Assembly (NCBI GenBank): GCA_018398765.1
Contig: JAHBMJ010000398.1
Coordinates: 1 to 48,787, forward strand
DNA: 48,787 nt
Origin: Chromera velia
Taxonomy: Eukaryota
Reading direction: 5' to 3'
Of the stretch, positions 13,082 to 23,793 are shown piece by piece. The notes under the pieces were generated by a model. The model was not told where the DNA came from. It saw only the letters and a list, made by a program, of their open reading frames with translations, and searched no databases. The first letter of the stretch is position 1; each line of letters starts with the position of its first letter. Made by a program: the position numbers and the translations under genes.

Positions 13082-13713
13082 AGCTTCACGTGCACGGGAA
13101 TATACTCTAGGATTAAGACAAATTAAGACCAATGTCCGGAAGATTGGCTTCCCGCCCTAATACCGAATGTCTCAACTTTTAGGTAAACGTTTTTTGAAAC
13201 TCTTCTCTAACTTTCAATTAGCATACAAAACGATCTTTTCTTTTCAGCCAATTCGTGCGAATGCGCGCGAATGCGCGCGAACGGACTTAATTATAGTTTT
13301 TTTTTCAAACCCATATACATGCAATTAACTTTTTTCTGCACTCACAGCATTCATTTCCGTTTATATATTTCACGTCCGGAACATGATCGCGAGCTTCTTG
13401 AATGAATCACATATGACTGTTTATGATGGGATCCATCTAGAAGACCTGCTGTTTCATCTGCACAGACCCGGCGAAACCGTGTGTGACCATGTTTGGGCGT
13501 ATTAGGAGCGATTCACGACCGAATCGGCAAATGGTACGTTGTATCATACTGCATGTCTCGCTCGATCCATGTGTATGTGTATCGCCAGAAGGGGGCCAGT
13601 GACCATTCGTCTGGACTCTGACATTCTTCATCTTTTCGCTCTTCTGATGTTGTACCCTTAAGTTGGCCACGTACAGAAGAAAACCGACGCGCAAACATTC
13701 GAACGAGCACACG

Positions 13714-16700
13714 ATGTCAGACAAAGAACAAGCATCTGGCTCTGACTCCCACCAGCACCAGACCACAGGGTCACACCACGACTCTGATGGCTCTCAGGCA
13801 AAGCAGAAAAAATACAAGGACATCAAGGACTTTTGCAGGAAACGTGTGAGAGGAGTAGCTGAAGTGTCTGGCTTTGTGTGGCACAGGTCCTCTGTCATCT
13901 TCAAGATCTGTCTTTGCATCGGCTTCCTCGAGTCTCTGATAATTGGGTTGACCTACACAGAGTCCTGGGTGTTTACTAAGGTGTTTGATTTCGTCAGAAT
14001 GAAGAAGGCAAGGCCACAGCTTCACTTACTGGAAGTCAGCTACGGTGAGTCGTGTATGGCTACTGCGGCGCATATATACTTACACACCAGCATGTGTGCA
14101 CAGCCTGCATGATTCCACTGTTTTACGAACGACTCTCTCCGCAAAAATCTGCTCGTTTATATTCACCTTTTCAATTTTGTGGCCAAGAAGTCCACTGAGA
14201 CCTTTTTGAAGTTCCTTTCTCTTTAGTCTCCTGTCATGGCGTGAATCAGACTTAAATTCTCCTCTGGACTCTGGATTGCGCATGTGCGGATCTGGTCGTC
14301 TTGTGACTTGGAGTTTGTTTTCTCCTACTCTTAGTGACCGGCGCCGCCCTTGTTTCTCTTTTCCCTTCCCCTGCATGCTGTTGATCACTAACACGCCTTT
14401 TCCTCCATGATTGATTGCCATCAATAACCTACTGGGTTGAGCTCTAGGAAATCGGATTTGCGAACGAATTGAATGGCAGTATTAGTACGCATTCCATGTA
14501 CTCTTGTTTGTCGTATGCCTGCAGGGGTCAAAATCGACCAGATTGGATTCGGCTTCAAGGGTCAGAGCCGAAACCCGATCCACAGAGAACTTCTAGAGGC
14601 GCGTGCAGCAGGGAACTGGACTCGGGTGATAGAACTCACCCCTGAGTCAAAGACCTTGCTGCAGGCAGAGACGGAGAGACGAGAGATAGAGTACGCAACG
14701 CTGCTCGATGCCAACGGTGTCATTCTCATGAATGCCTACGCCAACCGCACAGGGGAGATTTGGGATCCTGCGGGGCTTGTGACGATCTGCAGAGCACATT
14801 TTGATCTGGGGCAGATCAAGGCGACAGAGATTCTTCCCTTCACAGACTTTCGAAAAGAGGTCTGTCGGAAGAGAAGACCCGAGAAAGAGGGGCAACACAG
14901 AAACTGTTCATCGACTGACAAAAGAACTGACTGCAGGAGTAGTAGAGACCTCAGAGGTGCATCATGCATTCTCTTTCGATCGAAGCAGAAAGCAGGATCT
15001 AGCCGCACACATTCAACGAATGCAGGACCGATCAACCCTAGGGCTGTGTCCACGTCGCTTCATTGAGCCGAGACTGAACACTTCTTGTCTGCTTGCGTCA
15101 ACATGCATCATGATGCTCTCCCAACGTGATCTGCACGTGAGTATTTGTTGGTTCAATTGCAGAATCCCCCCCTCTTCCGGGAGACCCTCATTGGAAGCGC
15201 CCCCGTTCCCCTTCTGAACCCTTGCGACACAGGCAGAGACGCTCTGATCCGGTAGGTGGTCACTCCGGTGGTGGACGGCCAGACCCTCCTGGGGGTCCTT
15301 GTGGCAGGGGACGTGGTGGACGGAAAGTCGAGCAGTCAGTCACTTAACTGTGAGCTTGCTTGCTTGCTTAGTCAGTGAGGGACTCACTTAGTGAGGAAGA
15401 AACGGAGGGAGAGAGGGAAAGGAAGAAGTGAAGACAAAAGGTCATGAGAGTCGATGCAGGAATGGGTATTAGCACAGAGCCCCCAAGGCTTCATTCACTT
15501 GTGCTGTTTTGAACGAAAATGCTGGTCTCGCCTGCAAGTCTGATTGAAGTCTCGCGCGTCCATGCAGTCATGCTGGGCCCTTGCATTCCCGTACTGATAT
15601 CAGCTCTGCTTACATATGCATGCCCAACGTTGACCGAGAGGAGACTTGTCAACGACTCTATGGCTTCTCTTTGAAATCTCTCACAGCAGCATCATCCGGC
15701 TTTTCTTTTCTTGTATGGATGGATGGATGGGTGGATGCATGGACGGGTGGATGGATGGATGCAGTCCCCGGAAGGTTGGTGAAGGGTACTGGGAGTGGTT
15801 TTGGGGTTGTGTTTCTGTCCTCTCCCGATGAGGCTGGACCCTGGCCCGTAACCTGGATCCACAAGTTGGAAGGGGTCGCGGACGCAGGTGGCCAATTTGG
15901 AATAGTCGGCATGCGGAAAAACGTGGGTCAAATAAAATTTTGGTAGAATAGACTGCGCTTCAGATGGTCTCTGCCAAACAAGGAACAAAACGAGTCTCAA
16001 TTGACCTTTTCTGTATGTACTGTCATCCATTCATTCATTCATTCATTCATTCACTCATTCATTCATTCATTCATTCATTCATGCATTCGTGCATTCATGC
16101 ATTCATTTATTCATTCATTCATTTATTTATTTATTCATTCATTCATTCATTTATTCATTCATCTATTTGCAATTGTCTTTGCGTGTATCTGTTTTGTCTT
16201 TCTTGTGTCTCTGTACGCATTTCCAACTTTAGATTCGACACCATTCTCCTCCCTGACTTCCCCAGTATCTTTGAAGGGTATGTAGCCGCGGGTCTGTAGC
16301 CCTTTGCTTGCCTCTGGGCCCACAGTCTGTCTGCGAAGCGCCACACTCGTCTTCTCTTCTCCAACCTTTCTGTTGTATTGACTGTCTAGTTGCTCTTCGT
16401 GTTTCTTCCCCCCGTCGCACAGATCTGGCTCTGTTTCTCAGTTTGCTGTGTGCACTTTTCATGCCTCATCCATTCATGTCCCGATGAGTCGGTTTGGCCG
16501 TCTCCATCGAATCGCACGAACTGCTTGGAACGATTGAACATCAATTTCTCCTCGCAGCTTCTCAACAAAGCCCATGCCACTTCGAGCCATCACGATGTCA
16601 GTTACGGACGAGCCAGGTTGGGAGAGAAGGAAGTTCTATTTGCCGCAAAGAGGGTCAACCCCCTTCTATTTGAAGACGAGGAGGCCCCAGAAAAGCACAA

Positions 16701-17349
16701 GGTGCTCAGAAGGGGGGGAAAGGCTATCATCGTGAGGGGAATATTTCTCAATGTCGAAAAGAGCAAAGACAAGGTGAACTTGATTCGACTTCTCGAGGCC
16801 ATGGGCCGAGTTGCCGACATTCTTGGTGTGCTGTTTGTGTTTATCACGGCTCTGCTCCCAGTTTGGCGAGCCTCCAAGCCCGCACGGGAGTATCTCAGCA
16901 GTAGGGAAGAATTGTACAAGTTATTGAATAGACCAGGTCTTCCCTTGTATGTCAGCAAGATGGTTGAACAACAAAAAGAGGCTGCTCGGAAGAGGGCAGC
17001 GGACAGAGCCAAGAAAAAGGGGGGGAAACTAAAACTCGCCGACACTAAACTTTCGAGACTTTCATCGGGGCAAGACGAATTCAGTGAAATGGAGGAAGAC
17101 GCCGAATTTGAAGGGAAGGTAAAAGATCTCAAGAGAACCGCCCTGACTTCCCGTCAGTCATTCCTGAAGGCAATGACCTTTTGGCGTATGCCTTCCGTGA
17201 GGACGGTGCTCGTTGACTCTTTTGTCAAATTGTTCGGCCTCACTCTCATCATCGTCAATCTGTTCCTGAGTCTGGACGTCCTGTCAGACTCCCTCCAATT
17301 TCAGGCCATCCATGAGGCACAGCTCCTCACCATCGCGTACAATCTGCAG

Positions 17350-17387
<38 letters not shown>

Positions 17388-20300
17388 AAAGGAAGGAAAG
17401 AAACCATATCATCTGTCGATGACTCACTTTTCATTCTTTTGAATGAGGTCCCAGAAAGGAGGGAATGAGTCAGACGTGCGTGTCGGTTACCTTTGGAAGA
17501 ATTCTCAGAGACTGACGAGTGTGATCGACATACAAAACGAGAGGGCAGATTCTGTGCCCTGTGGGAAGAAACGGAAAGAGCGGGGAAAGGACATCGAGGG
17601 GTACAAAGGAAGGTCTGCAGTGTGTGTATTCAGTCGCTTTCTTTAGACGTGCAGATCGAAGCTGTGGGGCCATGCATACCATGCATGCTTTTCGATCGTT
17701 TGTCGATCTATGTTTCCCCCCTAGCTGATCTTTCCGGCCTTGCGTCTGCGTGCGTCAATCATCCACTTATTGCGTGTCATCTCTGCTGTCTACTCAGGTG
17801 TATCACATGGGGTTCGGGTTTCGCGGTGTGGCACTGAATACTGCGATTCGGAATCTGGCCTCATAGTACTCCGACGTGGACTCTGCCGGGGCCCTTGCCT
17901 GGATTCCTGAGGTGGAGGCTTATTTGGGGGATGAAGTGAGGAGACGGAAAATTGAGGTGGCCATGCTGGTCAAAGCAGTCAGTCAGTTGGGGATTCCGTC
18001 TGCTTGACAGGGGGGAGGGGGAGCAGAGCCATTTCATCAGATAGGTTGAGAATTGAAAGAAAACACCCACATAGACTGTGCGCAGGCTGTTTGGGTTGGG
18101 ATCCGTATGCATGGATGTGTTTGTTGCATGCCTGTCGAAACAGAACACAATGGAAGTGATTCTGCTTTTCTACAAAACCTGGATGAATGCTTTAGGCTGA
18201 CTTTGATTCACTCTCATCTCGTCAGCCTTTTCCTCACTTTCTGTCTCCCTCTTTCACTTCCGTCTTTTCCTTTCCTCCTCTCTTGCAGGGTTCCAATCCT
18301 GTCATGCTTGCACTGGCGGATGAGATGGGAACAAGCGTGCGCGGGCAGACGTATATCCTCAACGACTTGCCTCAGAGAGTGACGAATCTGAAGAAACGAG
18401 TCCTTGCAACAGATTCGATTCTGTACAAGAACTTCAAAACTCTCGAAGCACCTCAGTGGACAGACCTGCACTTGTCCTCCTTCGGGTAGAGCGGCTTGGC
18501 GTTTCACGGAGATGAAAACATCGGACAGTCAGAGAGAAGCGCAGGGAACGTATGTCACGCAGAATTTGATCCGATAGTTGGAAGGTCCGTCCGTCAATCT
18601 GCTCTCAACTCCTTTTTTCTGTCCGGGCCCCTCAGGGCTGGAAAGTGGTGTGGTGGTCGTCTTATTTGCTCTTTCGCAGTATGGTTCTGCCTTTTGAGAT
18701 GGCCACGCCGAGGGGTCTGCAGACCTATCCATCAGTCAATATATTTGGAAACGAAGAGACCTGTCTTGATCGATCGATCGATCGGTTGATCAGATCAGAT
18801 GAGATCCGAATGGGATCGAGTGGTCAAAATCTCTTCGTTGAAAGGTGTTTGGTTGGCTCTCTTCTGCGTTCTGCCTTTTCCCTTTCTCTCAAACGCTTTT
18901 ATTCCGCGTTATCTTTTCCCTTCCTTGTCTTTTCCCCGATTTGAAGAGTTGCTCTCAAGCATACAACTTTGTGCGCTGTCACCAACTTTTGCGATCCTCT
19001 GCGACCTTTGCAGATTTGCGGCTACTCCAGTGTATGCGATCAGCGACACGAGCCAGACAGGAGCCGTGGAGGGTGTGCTGATCTGTGCTGATATGCTCAA
19101 CGGGAAGACGATTTTGAACGAATGGTCGATGGCGGCCTTCCACGATGGGTTTGTGGGGAGCTACGTTGTGCATAAGACTGGTCTTCCGGAGATGCTCTCA
19201 TCGCTTGTGTATGAGCCTCCGGAACCTTCTTTGTGGACTTCCTTTCTAAGGTCCGTAGCTGTACTTGCCGATCCGGAGAGAAGACTGAGAGAGGCCGCGG
19301 AGGATTACAAACACGAGCAATTGCGGGTTGATCTAGATTTTTTGGAGAACGGGCCTCCCGGACAAGACGCCACCTTGATGAAATTTCTCAGAGCTGCAGA
19401 GAAGGGGGGAAAGGAGACAGTCACTCTGATGCTGAGGGGGAGGACATATTTTGTCTCTGCTGTACAGGTCTGTTTGTTTGTGTGCCCTTTGGGGGGAGTG
19501 GCCAGGCAAAGTGCGAAAGTACGTTTATCTGATTGAAATTCTCTGTCAGGCTTTCACTTCTCAGTCTTGCCCTCTTGTACAAAGTGTCAATGAAGACTTC
19601 TGTTCGCTTGAATTCTTTCAGGCCTCCACTCCTTTTTTGTCATTTTGAACGACAGCTCCTCTCTGACTTGGCCGCCCGCTTGAGTGTCAATGAACGTCTT
19701 TAATTCATGCTGCTGTCCCTTCAAATTTTTTCTGAAACTGAACTCCTGAAAAATTAATTTTGCGACCGTCTCCTCAGTCCTTCATGCGTACCTGTGTGCC
19801 GCTTCCCTTCATTTGATGTGTAACTAAATGCAGGTCCCTCCTGACATGGTCGACTTTGTGCCTGAGGACTTTAGGTATGACTCCGTCTTTCTGGTTCGGG
19901 GTGTCCGCACAGAGGCAGCTGAATACGCACGGTAAGTAAGTAAGTGGGAGAGGGAATTAATGCTGCCACTGCACACGCTTTCCTTGCATCTTTTCCTTTC
20001 CCTGCTTTTATTTCCGTGGTTGCGCATACACAGACACTGATGTCGCTTTCGCCCGTGCGTGCGGACAAGCCGAAAAACGACACATCGACTCCACTAGCGG
20101 GCCCCTATCGAGACACAGACGGAATCTGTTTATGGTTGTCCTCATTGTGTAGAAAAAGTTCCAAAAATGATGAGCAGTTCCAGATACCTCTTCAGTCTCG
20201 CATCTACAAACTTGAGTGTTTCTTCTCTTCTGGCCGCAGCGTAATGCGAATTGGTTTCACTGCCGGCATCATCTTCCTTGCGGTGAGCATCAAGATCTTT

Positions 20301-21760
20301 GGAGCCATCTTTGTGTGGAGGAGAATCGCGGGGCCCATCCAGCATGCCCTGCTGGGAATGCGCGCGATGCTTGCCGGACTGCCATCTCAAGTTCCGCTCT
20401 CACGCGTTGAGAAGGTGGAAAAAATGGGGCTGCGCATCGAACCTTATCCTCTCTCAAAAGACAGCATCGCATTCTGCTGGTCAGTCACTGGCAGGCAAGC
20501 AGTCACTCATTCGTTCAGTCTAGTCGACTAGTCGGTGCGTCGTTCAGTCAATTGGTCAGTCCCCTCGGCAGACTATGTCTGTCAGTCTGTCAGTCTGTCT
20601 GCCGATCGCTGAGGAAAACCGACAGACAAGCAAAGCCACTCATTGGTACTTCGTGAGCGCAACAAACCAGAGGTCGTTTGACGGTCTGCTCGAAACCTCA
20701 CAGGTCATTGTCAGTCGCACACACGTGTGGGTCCGTTGCAAAGCATGTTGTCTGCATCTTTGCCTGTCTGCGCCTGCATCTGCTTCTTTCTATCTGCAGG
20801 TTCATTTTGAAATACGAAAACGTTCTCGTCGGAATGGAGTCACGGGAACGGAGGCGTTGTGTGAATTTCTTTGACAAAAACTATCCGGGTCTCCTGAAGC
20901 ACAAAGTCTCCCGCCCCTGGTGTTGCTGCCCCACATGGCCTGGAGTTGAAACGATCGGACAAGATGAGGATCAGGCAAGCGCGCTCTTCCGTTCAAAGGA
21001 TCACCTTTCGGTAGGTGGGCACTGCAGTCTTCCATATTCTCCACTCCACAAATTTGTTTCTGTACGCTCTTGACTTTTCGGAAGCGCAACTTCGAGATAA
21101 TGACGCGGATGCCGGCAGTCACACCAGAGTAACCTTTCTTTGAAGAGCTCTTGACTCATGTCAATTTTTGACATTCATTTGATTCCTTCGAAATGATATG
21201 ACACGAATTTCGAGCAACACACAACCTCTCTCTATCTTTCGGCCTTCTCCTTCTTCTTCTTCTGCTGCTGCTTCCTGCAGAAGCGCGAGACAGGTCGAAG
21301 ATCCTCAGCCAGAGCGAGCATTGGAGGCAGCATTGACTTTGAGGTTGGCGAGGATGAAGTCTTGCCTGGTTCATCTTGGGGAGATGGTGATCTTTCACCT
21401 TCCTTTTCGTCTCCCTGCTCACCTCTTCGCAAGGACGGAGAGACAAAGCAGCGCGTTGCCGAAACGCAAATTGAACAGGCTCCCGACACCTTTTTGCCTC
21501 CCGCAGCATCAATGGAGAGTGCTCTGTCCTTCCGACCGAAACCGACTGTCCTCAGAACTCCTCAAAACAAAAGAGACCAACGAGGCGCCGGTCGTCTGTG
21601 TTCTCTTCCAGACGATTTGGTTCTCAAGAGTTCCCTCCGAAAAGCTCACAGCTCTCCTCACGAAGCAGCATCCTCCCCCCCCATGCACAATCTGAAGTGG
21701 GAGCCAGTTCGTTCTTCCTCACAGATGGTGTGGGAGAAGAAGAGGGAGAAGAGAACATGA
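13714..21760 (+). pseudogene. Receptor-like 4-TM protein with two tandem cyanobacterial MCP-type (PilJ/PixJ-like, Cache-like) extracellular sensor domains; two in-frame TAG codons (pseudogene or recoded)
   Basis: Exons include 13714-14044, 14525-14859, 15163-15334, 15765-~15890, ~16558-17349, 17798-17978, 18289-18485, 19014-19467, 19834-19931, ~20240-20390, 20800-21010, 21281-21760; some internal junctions are uncertain. Copy 1 reads SY|GVKIDQIGFGFKGQSRN..ETERREIEYATLLDANG..NAYANRTGEIWDPAGLV..QIKATEIL..KE|NPPL..DALIR*VVTPV..GVLVAGDVVDGK..AIIVRG. Copy 2 reads YNLQ|VYHMGFGFRGVALN..EVRRRKIEVAMLV..RFAATPV..GVLICADMLNGK..AFHDGFVGSY..FLVRG. TAG codons at 15253 and 17864. Confidence 0.75.
16027..16162. 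repeat. (TTCA)n microsatellite, intronic
   Basis: cattcattcattc... tract seen directly. Confidence 0.92.
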
Positions 21761-23793
21761 GTGTGAATCTAGCAGAGGATGCCCTCGAGGCAGGCCTTCT
21801 GTCAGGGGGCGAAGAATCGGCAGGAAATTTGAATCCAGACGACGACGACAATGCAGGAATTTCTTCGCTTCCGAGAACAAAGAGAGTCGTCGCGTCTCAA
21901 CTTTTGCTTCCACAGATGAATGGACAGTGAAGAACAGAAAGGGACAAATTGAATGATGAACAAGGAGATTGAATCCAAATTCAATGAACGGACATATGAA
22001 TGAGGGGAGGGTGGGAGCGTAAGGATGAACGGGTCAGCAAGAGTAACTGCATGTGCAGGTAAGTACCGGAGACAGGGAGGGACCATGGGTGGGAAGAAAG
22101 AAGGGAGCGAATTGAAAAGAGCTGGAAAGATTTATTGGGGACGCACCGCAAGACAGACTGAATGTCCCGATGCTTGCGTGTAAAGTGCTTTGATGGCCGG
22201 ATTGTTGTGCTTCCTCGCCTTTGAGCCCTTTTCGAACGCGCAAATGTCAGTCGTTGAAGAGCTGGACAGAAACGGCTGATTATTCTGTTAGGAAAGCGTT
22301 TGTGCGAATTCATTGGCGAAAGCGTAGAAGAACGGTCGGGCAATTGTATGAATGAGTTTAAATCTCGATAAGTCTGAAAGAGCCGCAAGAAGTTGCAAAA
22401 CCTTCCGGTCCACCCTTTCTCCGCGATTGCTTAGGCCGTTCCCTTTGTACTTAAAGTTTCAGGCAACACACATGCAATGACGTAATGGGAACGTTTGCCA
22501 GTGCGAAGTTTGGGTTAGCTTTTAATTCATTTTTTATGCGAGCAACACAGCAAATACGGGCCCGTATTATGGGGCTTACTGATCGAAGCACAGCAAAGAG
22601 GAAAGTTTCTGCAATACTGCTCGATCGAGACACTGTTGCTAGCACTGTTGAATCAGGCCATATGCTGAATATTTGCTAGTTTACTTATACTTTAAGCCTA
22701 GTAAGCTAAACTTAGCAAAATAGTATCCAGAATAGTATGATAAAAAAATAGTGAAAAAATAAGAATGTGTGTTGCAAACTAGGTCGCAGAGTGTACGTTA
22801 ATTAGAGTGTACGTCTGATACATATATTTGATTTTAGAGTCTTAAAAAGCTTCTTAGCTTGAAGTTCTTGTATACGGTTTCAAAGAGAACATTTCGAGTC
22901 AATTTTTGACTGACTCCGACTCGGATTTAGTACTAGTAAAATAACTACTGAAACTTTGAATTTAATTAAATTGAACATTGTTATATTGAAATATATTCTC
23001 TAGTACATTCTTACGACTTGTGTAGGAAAACATTTGCCATGTGTATTCTCGTTAAACGTCAGAGGCCTAGAAATGTGCTGTTAGCAATGAGACAGTATCA
23101 TGACACTAGCGATGACATATGATAATGATGACTCCAATGATGATCTTGATGATATATAGATGATGATGCAGTGAACTTTAATTCAATCTTAACTTTAATG
23201 TTAAATATAGTTAAATATAATCTAGAATATAATTACATAGTCGTGGGCAAAACCCGGAACATCAATGCTATGCTAATAATGCTATGCTATAAGGTGAACT
23301 TTAATGGTCCGATTATGATCGTAATTTAGATCGCAATATGTATCGAAGCTTAAAGTCTTTAACTCTTACTTAGTATAACCCGGCCTGCCGCCCGCCGCGC
23401 CTCACTAAAAAAAACTCTTAACACCTCTCCTAGCTCCTACTAAGGAAAAGGAGGAAGAAGGACAGGCTAGAAACTAGGAACGAACTTTAAGTCAATGCCC
23501 CCCTTCCCCCTCCAAAAGTTCTTCATAAAAGATATGGGCTAGGACATGGGTGTATGAATAATATGATATACCAAACTAAATACAAAGAGTGAAGCCATGA
23601 CTCATGATTATCAATGATTTATTATATGAGCTAGCATATGAGCATGATTCTTATATGATTTTTACTTTGTCTCTACATCTGTCTGTTGGTCACTCATGCA
23701 ATACATGAATGCCCAACAGCTCCATCTCTACCACCATGTAGAGATTCACGGCGCACTCGAACGGTGAGTGACACACCGTCGATGCTTCCGTGT

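Noticed and set aside
15253..17866. Genome-wide UAG reassignment
   Set aside because: The long exons of the neighbouring genes (1.1-2 kb) contain no in-frame TAG, which would be expected if UAG were a general sense codon.
13714..21760. Bacterial contamination or a true MCP chemoreceptor
   Set aside because: The gene is interrupted by many spliceosomal introns with host-type microsatellites, and no MCP signalling-domain motif is present.
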